This document shows, piece by piece, positions 19,821 through 29,809 of a stretch of DNA of 64,000 nucleotides; the first letter of the stretch is position 1, and the number at the start of each line of letters is the position of its first letter. Made by a program: the position numbers and the translations under genes. Source of the stretch: Microcoleus sp. (lineage in GTDB: Bacteria; Cyanobacteriota; Cyanobacteriia; Cyanobacteriales; Microcoleaceae). The notes below the pieces were generated by a model, which saw nothing but the letters and a program-made list of their open reading frames with translations, made no database searches and was not told the origin of the DNA. Location of the stretch: assembly GCA_052279835.1 (NCBI GenBank), contig CP181291.1:6278703-6342702 (forward strand), given 5' to 3'.

Positions 19821-22800
19821 TTACCATTGCAAACCCTGATGCAACAAAGCTGTAGCTGCCTCGCTATCGAGAGGTTTAGAGAAGAAGTATCCCTGACCGT
19901 ACTCGCAGCCTAGGAGCCGTAATTGAGCCAATTGAACGGCGGTTTCGACACCTTCGGCCACTACCTCCATCCCCAAACTGCGAGCTAACATGACGATCGC
20001 CCTGACGATTTCCAAATTTTCACCTGTTTCTCCGATGCGGCTGACAAAAGAGCGATCGATTTTCAAAGTATTGATCGGGAATTTATGCAAATAACTTAAA
20101 GAAGAATAACCAGTTCCGAAATCGTCAATACAAAGCTCAATTCCCAAATCTCTCAAATGAGAAAGCATCGCCGCTGCCGCTTCCCCATCTTGCATCACTA
20201 CACTCTCAGTAATCTCCAACTTCAACCAACGAGCATCCACCCCTGTTTCCTGCAAAACTTGTTTAATTTGTTCGATGGAATCCGGCTGTTCAAACTGTCT
20301 CCCGGAGAGATTTACAGCTATTGTTAGCGGTGAATCCTTGGCTGGTAATTGCAAATTTTGCCACTCGATAATTTGACGGCAACTTTCATTCAAAACCCAC
20401 AAACCCAAGGGCATAATTAGGCCAGTTTCCTCCGCCATGGCAATGAATTCCATCGGAGAAACCAAACCCCGTTCGGGATGCAGCCAGCGGACGAGGGACT
20501 CAAATCCTGCGACTAAGCCAGTTTTTAAACAAACAATTGGTTGGTAGTAAACAGTAAAAGGACATTCTAATTTTTGACTAAAAATATGAGATTTTTGATG
20601 TTCTAAGGAACGATTAGTTTCGTACAGAGACGAATTTTCTCCATGACTGCCCAATCGCAAATCTAACATTGAATATTTCAAATTCAGTTCTTCTATGGAC
20701 TGCCGCAAATCATTTTCCAAGTGCATCAAAGCCACAGCACGAGTGTGCATGGCACTGGTAAACACTTCATAGCGAGCTTTGCCGAGAGATTTTGCCCGGT
20801 ACATGGCAATATCAGCATCTCGCAAGATATCTCCGGGCCACTGATATTCCTCACTACTCAAAGCAATGCCAATGCTAGCAGTAATAGAAACTTTATTTCC
20901 CTCTAAATGTAGGGGTCGTTCGATCGCCTTTTGAATTTGCTTGGCTTGGGTGATGGCATCTTCCACACCTTGAATTTCCTCCAATAAAATCACAAACTCA
21001 TCTCCGCCCAAACGAGCTGCGGTATCACCAGGACGCAAACAAGTCAAGAGACGGCGAGCAATTCCCAGCAGCAGCCGATCGCCCGTGCGGTGTCCCTGGC
21101 TGTCATTAATCACCTTAAACCTGTCCAAATCGAGAAACAGTACCGCAAACTGATAGTTAGGATGCCGTTTGACACGAGCAAAAGCTTGGCCCAACCGGTC
21201 TGTCAACAAAGCCCGGTTGGGTAAATCGGTCAAAGCATCATGCAAAGCATCGTGCAATAACTTATCTTCTGCCATTTTGCGCTCGGTGACATCGTGGCAG
21301 TTGACCACAATTCCCCGCACTGAAGGTTCCGCGAGTAAATTCGTCGCCACCGCTTCCAAAACGCACCAGAAACCATCCTTATGCCACACTCGATATTCTG
21401 CCAGTCCCAGGCCTACTCTTGGCATTTGGATGATACCTTTAAACACTTGACCCACCATGGGCAATTCGTCGGGGTGAATCAGCTCAAATACAGACCTACC
21501 AAGAACTTCCGCCGTCGGATAGCCCAAAATCCGCTCTAGGGAAGGAGAGACATAGCGACAGAAACCTTTCTCATCGAGAATTACAATAATATCTCTAGCA
21601 TTTTCAATCAGCGATCGAAAGCGCTTCTCACTTTGTCGCAGTTCTTGCTCCGTGCGTTTGCGATCGGTAATATCGGTATTCATGTAAATCTGACCGACTA
21701 TTGTCCCCGTGGAGTCTTTAATCGCATCGGCCCGCAACAACACTTGCAAAATCTTGCCACTTTTGGTGATTTTGGTAACTTCACCACACCAAGAATAACC
21801 GTGGGCGATCGCTTCTAGCACCTCCTCAGCTACGGCTGCATCAGCAAAAATGGTGTGTATCCCCCCAGCATTTCTGAATTCTGCTACCGTTTCGTATTCA
21901 AATAGTTGAGAAAAAGATTGATTTTGATAGATGTGAGTACCGGAGACATCAGCCATGCCGATCGCATCACTGGAACTTTCCACCGCCTTGCGAGTCAAAA
22001 CCAGAGCCTCTTCTGCCTGCTTGCGTTCGGTGATGTCAATCCCCACCAAACAGGCTGCTTTGCCCCCATCGTACTTTTGAGCCACAATCAAATAATGTCC
22101 CGCCGACTGACCATCGGTGGTTTTGACCTTGGTGGAAAGTTCTTTGACTACTTCTGTAGCATTGCTGGCAAAAAAACCCCCCAAAAAAGAGTAAAAATCC
22201 GAACTCACGCCCAGAAAGCCGATATCTTGGCCGACGAAAGCCGAAGGCGGTAAACCGTGAAGTTTGGCTAAATGTTGATTAACCCCCAAATAGCGCAAAT
22301 CCGAGCTCACCCAAGATACTGTTCCGGGAACTGCTTCCAAAATAGTTTGCAGTTGGTCATTAGTTTGCTGCAACTCCTGCTGGACTTCTATGCTTTCGGA
22401 TAAGTCTGATAAAATTCCGACGAAGTGAGTCAAATACCCCTTCTCGTCTCGCACCGGAGATAGGAACAACTTATTCCAAAAAGGAGTACCGTCTTTGCGG
22501 TAGTTTTTGATCACCACCTGACATTCTAGACATGAGGCGATCGCCTCATGGAGGTTAGCGACGGTAGCCGGATCGGTATCAGGACCTTGTAAAAAGCGAC
22601 AGTTGCGCCCCAATATTTCCTGGCTAGAGTAGCCTGTAATCCTTTCAAAGCCTGGATTGCAATAAATTATGGGATAGTCGGGGGCTAGAGCATCAGCAAT
22701 GACAATACCATTGGTGGTAGCAGCCAAAGCTCGATCGCGAAGCCACAGTGATTGTGACCCATTATTGCGATCGCCAACATCCTCGACTCCACCTAAATTA

Positions 22801-22829
22801 AAAATTGACTGGTTCTCCCGATTTCCCAT
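19821..22829 (-). CDS. LOV-PAS-PAS-PAS-GGDEF-EAL c-di-GMP enzyme
   Basis: GRNCRFLQG, RPGD I-site, GGDEF, ESLVRW, DDFGTGYSS. Confidence 0.95.
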   Translation of the reverse strand: MGNRENQSIFNLGGVEDVGDRNNGSQSLWLRDRALAATTNGIVIADALAPDYPIIYCNPGFERITGYSSQEILGRNCRFLQGPDTDPATVANLHEAIASCLECQVVIKNYRKDGTPFWNKLFLSPVRDEKGYLTHFVGILSDLSESIEVQQELQQTNDQLQTILEAVPGTVSWVSSDLRYLGVNQHLAKLHGLPPSAFVGQDIGFLGVSSDFYSFLGGFFASNATEVVKELSTKVKTTDGQSAGHYLIVAQKYDGGKAACLVGIDITERKQAEEALVLTRKAVESSSDAIGMADVSGTHIYQNQSFSQLFEYETVAEFRNAGGIHTIFADAAVAEEVLEAIAHGYSWCGEVTKITKSGKILQVLLRADAIKDSTGTIVGQIYMNTDITDRKRTEQELRQSEKRFRSLIENARDIIVILDEKGFCRYVSPSLERILGYPTAEVLGRSVFELIHPDELPMVGQVFKGIIQMPRVGLGLAEYRVWHKDGFWCVLEAVATNLLAEPSVRGIVVNCHDVTERKMAEDKLLHDALHDALTDLPNRALLTDRLGQAFARVKRHPNYQFAVLFLDLDRFKVINDSQGHRTGDRLLLGIARRLLTCLRPGDTAARLGGDEFVILLEEIQGVEDAITQAKQIQKAIERPLHLEGNKVSITASIGIALSSEEYQWPGDILRDADIAMYRAKSLGKARYEVFTSAMHTRAVALMHLENDLRQSIEELNLKYSMLDLRLGSHGENSSLYETNRSLEHQKSHIFSQKLECPFTVYYQPIVCLKTGLVAGFESLVRWLHPERGLVSPMEFIAMAEETGLIMPLGLWVLNESCRQIIEWQNLQLPAKDSPLTIAVNLSGRQFEQPDSIEQIKQVLQETGVDARWLKLEITESVVMQDGEAAAAMLSHLRDLGIELCIDDFGTGYSSLSYLHKFPINTLKIDRSFVSRIGETGENLEIVRAIVMLARSLGMEVVAEGVETAVQLAQLRLLGCEYGQGYFFSKPLDSEAATALLHQGLQW

Positions 22830-23110
22830 CAGCCGAACTTTGAACCAAACCTCTACAATTTCGGAGTTTTTCTTACTTTAACGTTTTTCAGGACTTACGC
22901 AAGCCCAATCTTATTTCCCTACTAAAATACCCCATATTTCCCACAGCAGGTCTAGTACGTGATGGGTAAAGCCCCCATCCCTAAAGGGAGCGGCTGGTAA
23001 ACTTCCCGACTCTGGCAGGGGGATACAGGCCATAATTTAACCAGTCTCAGTTCTTCGGAACCTAAAATATTGTTTCACGTTCTGGTTTGGCGATCGTTCA
23101 ATTCAAATAC

Positions 23111-26100
23111 TTAGTTTTTCTGAGCCGAAAAAACCTGAGATTGCTGATTTTTGGCTTTTTTCTGCCGCAGCGCTTCCATATAGGTATAAACCACCGGCGT
23201 TAAATACAGCGTCACAATTTGGGAAAACAGCAAACCACCGACGATCGCAATTCCCAACGGGCGGCGGGCTTCCGAACCATCACCCAGTCCCAGGGCGATC
23301 GGCAAAGTTCCCATCAAAGCCGCCGCCGTCGTCATCATAATCGGGCGAAAGCGCGTCAAGCAAGCGGCAAAAATAGCATCCATCGGGTTTTTGCCTTCTT
23401 TTCGCTGCGCTTCTACAGCAAAATCCACCATCATAATGCCATTCTTTTTCACAATTCCTACTAATAAAATGATGCCGATAAACGAGTAAACATTTAACTC
23501 AACATCAAAGATAACTAAAGTCAATAAAGCACCAAATCCCGCCGACGGTAAACCCGAAAGAATCGTAATCGGGTGAATGAAATCCTCGTAAAGAATACCC
23601 AGAATGAGATAAATCACCAGAATCGACACCAACAACAGCAACCCCAAATCATTAAACGACTGCTGAAAAGCTTGGGCAGAACCTTGGAAACTAGGAGTAA
23701 CAGTCGTCGGCAAAATTGCCTGCGCCACTTGCTTAATCGCATCCGTCGCTTGATTTAAAGATACTCCCGGTGCGACATCAAAAGAAATCGTAGCCGAAGG
23801 AATTCCCCCCAAGTGTGCCACAGTCAGAGATCCGACATTTTCAGATATTTGGGCGATCGCACTTAAAGGTACCTGTTGCCCGGAACTCGAAGCCACATAA
23901 AGCAACGACAAAGCGCTAGGATTTCGCTGGTATTGCGGTGCGACTTCTAAAATTACATAAAACTGGTTATTCGCAGTATACATTGTAGAAACTTGACCCG
24001 AACCAAAAGCAGCGCTCAAGGTTTGCTCCACTTGTTCTACACTAATACCCAGGCTGGCTGCTTTGTTGTGGTCAACTTTAACTTGTACTTGAGGAGTGCT
24101 CAATTGCAAGTCGCTATCAACCTGGCGAATTCCCGGCAAGGTCTTGACTTTTTCTAACAGTTGCGGTACGTATTCTCTGAGTTCTTCCGGGTTTAAACTC
24201 TGCACGGTAAACTGATACTGAGAATTAGTTTGCTGTCCGCCGATCGGAATAGCAGTGGGAGAACGCAAAAACACTTTAATTCCCGGTATCCCTCTCAGCT
24301 TAGGAGTCAGTTTTTGGATAATTTCATCGGAATTGAGGCTGCGTTGCGATCGGGGTTTTAAGCGAATAGTAATACGGCCTGAGTTGACGGATGCGTTAGG
24401 CCCGCTAGCACCGACCGTCGAGTTCATAGCAGCAATATTCGGGTCTTTACGCAGGATATTAACTACTTTTTGTTGATGCCGCAGCATATCGTCAAAGGAG
24501 ATATTTTGGGCTGCTTTGGTATTCGCCATAATTTGTCCCGTGTCTTCGTTGGGGATAAATCCTTTGGGAACGATAGTAAATAAATAAACAGTGGCAAATA
24601 ACAAAACAACAGACAAAGCCAGAGTAGCGAAACGGTATTTTAAAACTGGTTTGAGAGTGAACTCGTAGCCACGCAACAACAAATCAAAAGCTTTTTCGGA
24701 AACCCGGTAAAACCAACTTTGCTGTCCGTGAAAAGCAGTCAAAAAACGCGAACAAAGCATCGGCGTGAGACTGAGAGAAACAAAACCCGATACGAGAATC
24801 GCCACTGCCAGAGTCACCGCAAATTCATGAAACAGCCGGCCCAACAATCCCCCCATAAACAGCAGGGGAATGAATACAGCTACCAAGGAAAGAGTCATCG
24901 ACAAAATAGTAAAACCGATTTCCTTCGATCCGTTGAGGGCTGCTTCCATAGCCGATTCTCCTGTTCCCTGTGGCGGACAATATTTTCGAGTACCACGACA
25001 GCATCATCCACCACAAAACCCACAGAAAGCGTTAAAGCCATCAAGGATAAATTGTCTAGGGAGTAGCCCAACAAATACATCACAGCAAACGTACCGAGAA
25101 TGGCGATCGGCAGCGCCAAACTCGGAATTAGCGTTGCCCTCAAATCCCGCAGGAACAGGAAAATCACTACAACTACCAGACAAACCGATAAAAACAAAGT
25201 GAATTTCACATCATCTATAGAAGCCCGGATTGACAGAGAGCGATCGTACAAAATACCAACTTCGATCGACTTGGGTATTTGCGATCGCAAAGTAGGGAGA
25301 AGTTGTTTAATCTTGTCAACAATTTCTACAGTATTAGCACCAGGTTGAGGCTGTACCGCAAGGACAATCGAGGGTTTGTTGGCAACTTTTTTGTCATAAT
25401 AGCGGTTAGAGACTTTGTTATTTTGAATGTCGTCTATTACTTGGGCAACATCTTGCAGCCGGACTGCCGCCCCATTTTTATAAGCAACAATTAGTTCCCG
25501 CCATTGGGCCGCATTATTTCGCTGACCATTTGCTTGAATCATATAACTTTTGTTAGGTCCCGACAAACTGCCGATCGGCAAATTCACACTACCTTGCTGA
25601 ATCGCCGTTCTAATTTGACTGACACTAATTCCCCGCGCCGCCAATTGTTGCGGGTCAACTTGGACGCGGACAGCGTATTGTTTCTGCCCATAAACTTGTA
25701 CTTGAGCCACACCATTGAGAGTAGAAATTGGCTGACCGAGAGTAACTTCCCCGTATTCATCCACATCCGCGATCGGCAAAGTATCCGAATAGAGATATAA
25801 GTAAAGAATCGGCGCAACCGAAGGATTTACCTTGCGATAAGTCGGCGGTCTCGGCATTCCCGGAGGCAATTGTCCAGCAGCCGCAGAAATAGCAGCTTGC
25901 ACATCTTTAGCAGCATCAGCAGCAGTGCGACTAAAGTCGAATTGCAGAGAAATATTCGTACTGCCGGTCGAACTTGTAGAGTTAAAAGAATTAAGTCCAG
26001 CAATTTCAGTAAACTGCCGTTCTAGGGGTGCTGCGACAGAAGATGCCATCGTTTCTGGAGTAGCACCCGGAAGGCTAGCAGAGACACTAATAAACGGATA

Positions 26101-26223
26101 TTCAATATTAGGTAAAGCACTGATGGGCAGTAAACTATAACTCATCAAACCAAATATAACTATACCTACCATAACTAAGGTAGTCATGACTGGCCGGCGA
26201 ATAAATATCTCTGAAAGGTTCAT
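23111..26223 (-). pseudogene. RND efflux permease (MdtB/MdtC-like), single-base frameshift near 24960
   Basis: 442-aa and 612-aa ORFs join (ENIVRHREQ-GESAMEAAL) if one G is added; GFVVDDA and RFRPIMMT motifs. Confidence 0.9.
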
Positions 26224-26224
26224 T

Positions 26225-26285
26225 TTGGGAATAGGTAATGGGTAATGGGTAGTAGGTAATTGGTAATTGGTAATTGGTAATAGGT
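26225..26285. repeat. Heptamer tandem repeat (ggtaatg/ggtaatt)
   Basis: Direct 7-mer run. Confidence 0.75.
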
Positions 26286-26456
26286 TATTTCATAATTGTT
26301 ATTGCTTCTTCCCCCCTTGGGGGGGGTAGGGGGGGTTCTTCTTCCTTATCCCATAAATTGACCGCTCTTGTTACACCACCAGCTACTTCTCTTTCCGAAC
26401 TTAGCGTCCTTCGCGTCTTCGCGGTTCGTTGAAAACTTCTTTTTCACAACTCATCA

Positions 26457-29400
26457 CTATGATTGCATTTTCCTTCTTCCTTCTTCCTTCTTCCTTCTGC
26501 CCTCTCCCATAAATTGACCAATCTTTTTGCGCCAAGATTCCATATAAATGTAGAAAACAGGAGTTAAATAAAGCGTCAACACTTGCGAGAAAAGTAAACC
26601 ACCAACAACTGCAATTCCTAACGGCCTGCGGGATTCGGAACCAGCACCAACTCCCAGGGCGATCGGCAATGTTCCCATCAACGCCGCCATCGTCGTCATC
26701 ATAATCGGACGGAAGCGAATTAAACAAGCTTGATAAATTGCTTCGGGCGGTTTCATCGCTTCATTTCGCTGGGCTTCTATGGCAAAGTCAATCATCATAA
26801 TCCCGTTTTTCTTGACAATTCCTACTAATAAAATCATGCCGATAAACGAGTAAACGTTGAGTTCTACATGGAAAAATATCAGGGTTAATAATGCACCAAA
26901 ACCGGCGGAAGGCAAACCGGAAAGAATGGTAATCGGGTGCAGGAAATCTTCGTAGAGAATGCCGAGAATTAAGTAGATAACTAAAACTGCGATCGCCAAC
27001 AACAAACCCAGACTCGGTAGCGAACTTTGAAATACTTGGGATGCGCCTTGAAAACTGGTAGCAATGCTGTCAGGAATTGTGCTGCTAATAATGGTTTCGA
27101 TCGCCTGATTGGCATCTCCCAAGGCTGCACCGTCGGCTAGGTTAAAAGAAACGGTGGCGGCATTCATTCGTCCCGCATGATTGACTGTTAGCGGTGTCAA
27201 TCCTTGGGAAAGGGTAGCAAAGGTGCTGAGGGGTACTGGCTTGCCGCTGCTGGAGTTGATATAAAGCCCCATTAAAGCATTCAAATCTTGCTGGTATTGA
27301 GGCTCTAATTCCAGAATTACTTGATATTGGTTGCTGGCGGCGTAGATGGTAGATATTTGATAGGAACTGTAGGCGTTTCTGAGGGTATTTTCGATTTGTT
27401 GGGCGGAAATTCCTAAAACGGCTGCTTTGTCTTTATCGATATTAACTTTGACTTGATTGGTTAACTGCAAATCGCTGTTGACATCCTGAATTTTTGACAG
27501 GTTTTTGAGTTTTGTGACGAGTTCGGGAACGTACTGTTGCAGCAGTTGAAAGTCTGTAGTTTGCAGGGAAATTTGATAGAGTCCGGTGGTTTGTTGAGTG
27601 CCGATGGGTACTGCGGGCGGAACTTGCAGGAAAACTTGAATTCCGGGAATTTGTGCTAACTGCGATCGCAAATCTCGCGCGATTTCAGGCGCACTTGCTT
27701 GACGCTGCGATCGGGGTTTTAATCTAATAAATAAACTGCCAGTATTTCCCGGAACTGCTGCCCCAGCACCGCTAGCACTGGCACCGGCACCGATATTCGA
27801 GTTGACAGCTTCGACATTGGGGTTTTGGCGAATTAAACTGACAACTTCCTGCTGGTGGCGCACTAAGTCGTCAAAGGAAGAATCTTGGGCGGTTTGAGTA
27901 ATCGCAGCAATTTGTCCGGTGTCTTCGCTGGGAATGAAACCTTTAGGAACTGCCACGAAAAGCCCGATGGTTACTAACAGCATTGTACCGGACAAAATCA
28001 TGGTTGTGCGGTGAAATTTTAAGGCTTTTTTGAGAGTCCAATCATACAGCCCAAGTACGCGATCGAAGGCATACTCGGAGGCACGGTACAATCGGCTTTG
28101 AGGATGGTGAGAATTCTCCCGGAGAAACAGACTCCCCAGCATGGGAGTCAGAGTCAGAGACACAAATCCCGACACCAGAATTGAGACGGCAATTGTGACT
28201 GCAAATTCGTGAAACAGCCGCCCTAAAAGTCCTCCCATAAACAGCATGGGAATAAACACTGCAACTAAGGATAATGTCATGGACAAAATCGTAAAACTGA
28301 TTTCTCTGGAACCGTTGAGTGCAGCTTCTAGTGGCTTTTCTCCCATTTCCAAATGTCGGACAATATTTTCTAACATGACGATCGCATCGTCCACCACAAA
28401 ACCCACCGAAAGCGTCAACGCCATCATCGATAGATTGTCCAGGGAATAATTCAGCAAATACATGATACCAAAGGTGCCGATCAGGGAAACCGGCAGGGCG
28501 AAACTCGGAATTACGGTAGCCCAGAGGTTTCGCAAGAACACAAAGATGGTCAGGATCACCAGGGCGATCGTCAAAACTAGAGTAAATTTAACATCATCGA
28601 TCGACTCGCGGATCGACTCGGAAGCATCGTAAAGAACGTTAATTTCTACCGAGGCCGGAATCTGTTCTCTTAACTGCGGCAGTAATTTTTTAATTGTCTC
28701 CACAACCTGCACTGTATTAGTTCCAGGTTGCCGCTGAATGCTTAAAATAATCGCGCGGGTGTCGTTGTACCAACTAGCGAGTTTGTCATTTTCTACGCTG
28801 TCAATTACTTTGCCCAATTGTTCGAGATAAATAGGAGCACCGTTAGTGTAAGCAACCACCAATTTGCGGTAAGCGGCTGCATCGGTAAGTTGCCCGTTAG
28901 TTTGGACTGTAAAGTTTTTATAGTTGCCGGAAAGACTGCCTGTGGGCAAATTAACATTTCCTTGTTGAACGGCTGTTTGGACTTTATCCAGCCCGATTTG
29001 AAAGCGGGCTAATTTCTGCGGGTCGAGTTGAATTCTAGCAGCATATTTTTGGGAACCGTAGACTTGAACTTGAGCCACACCGCTAATAGTGGATAGCTTT
29101 TGGGCTAGGTAGGTTTGGGCGTAATTGTCAACTTCAGAAAGTGGCAATGTGGGAGAGGTTAAATATAGGTAAAGAATTGGTTGATCGGCTGGGTTAACTT
29201 TGCTGTAAGAGGGAGGATTTGGCAAATCGTTGGGAATTTGACCGGAGGCGGAGGCGATCGCAGATTCTACATCCTGTGCTGCATCATCGATGTTTCTGCT
29301 GAGGTCAAATTGGAGGGTAATTTGGGTATGACCCAGGGTGCTGGTGGAGTTGAGCAAGTCTACTCCGGCAATGCTAGAAAATTGCTTTTCTAAGGGGCGG

Positions 29401-29591
29401 GCAACGGATGCTGCCATTGTTTCTGGGCTGGCTCCGGGACGGGCTGCGGTGACTTGAATTGTGGGATAATCTACGTTGGGTAAGTCGCTGATTGGTAGTA
29501 GACCGTAACTCATCCAGCCGAAGATGAGTATTGCGGCCATTATTAAGGTGGTGGTGATGGGGCGGCGAATAAATAGTTCTGAAAGGTTCAT
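26457..29591 (-). CDS. RND efflux permease (MdtB/MdtC-like)
   Basis: 1044 aa; GFVVDDAIV, GIVKKNGI, RFRPIMMT. Confidence 0.95.
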   Translation of the reverse strand: MNLSELFIRRPITTTLIMAAILIFGWMSYGLLPISDLPNVDYPTIQVTAARPGASPETMAASVARPLEKQFSSIAGVDLLNSTSTLGHTQITLQFDLSRNIDDAAQDVESAIASASGQIPNDLPNPPSYSKVNPADQPILYLYLTSPTLPLSEVDNYAQTYLAQKLSTISGVAQVQVYGSQKYAARIQLDPQKLARFQIGLDKVQTAVQQGNVNLPTGSLSGNYKNFTVQTNGQLTDAAAYRKLVVAYTNGAPIYLEQLGKVIDSVENDKLASWYNDTRAIILSIQRQPGTNTVQVVETIKKLLPQLREQIPASVEINVLYDASESIRESIDDVKFTLVLTIALVILTIFVFLRNLWATVIPSFALPVSLIGTFGIMYLLNYSLDNLSMMALTLSVGFVVDDAIVMLENIVRHLEMGEKPLEAALNGSREISFTILSMTLSLVAVFIPMLFMGGLLGRLFHEFAVTIAVSILVSGFVSLTLTPMLGSLFLRENSHHPQSRLYRASEYAFDRVLGLYDWTLKKALKFHRTTMILSGTMLLVTIGLFVAVPKGFIPSEDTGQIAAITQTAQDSSFDDLVRHQQEVVSLIRQNPNVEAVNSNIGAGASASGAGAAVPGNTGSLFIRLKPRSQRQASAPEIARDLRSQLAQIPGIQVFLQVPPAVPIGTQQTTGLYQISLQTTDFQLLQQYVPELVTKLKNLSKIQDVNSDLQLTNQVKVNIDKDKAAVLGISAQQIENTLRNAYSSYQISTIYAASNQYQVILELEPQYQQDLNALMGLYINSSSGKPVPLSTFATLSQGLTPLTVNHAGRMNAATVSFNLADGAALGDANQAIETIISSTIPDSIATSFQGASQVFQSSLPSLGLLLAIAVLVIYLILGILYEDFLHPITILSGLPSAGFGALLTLIFFHVELNVYSFIGMILLVGIVKKNGIMMIDFAIEAQRNEAMKPPEAIYQACLIRFRPIMMTTMAALMGTLPIALGVGAGSESRRPLGIAVVGGLLFSQVLTLYLTPVFYIYMESWRKKIGQFMGEGRRKKEEGRRKMQS

Positions 29592-29809
29592 GGATTTTGG
29601 GAATAACGAACCGCGAAGGCGCGAAGGACGCGAAGGAAGTAAGAGAGAGGAAGGGATGTTTGGTAATTTTAGTTGTTTTTATTTTGAGTAATAAATAGTT
29701 CTGAAAGGTTCATGGATTTTGGGAATAACGAACCGCGAAGGCGCGAAGGACGCGAAGGAAGTAAGAGAGAGGAAGGGAGGTTTGGGAATTTTAGTTGTTT
29801 TTATTTTGA
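29568..29809. repeat. 122-bp tandem duplication of the MFP-RND gene junction
   Basis: 29568-29689 is nearly identical to 29690-29809, with about two substitutions. Confidence 0.9.

Noticed and set aside
24895..24961. Programmed frameshift or naturally split RND
   Set aside because: No slippery heptamer; the break is in a conserved loop and a one-base indel explains it
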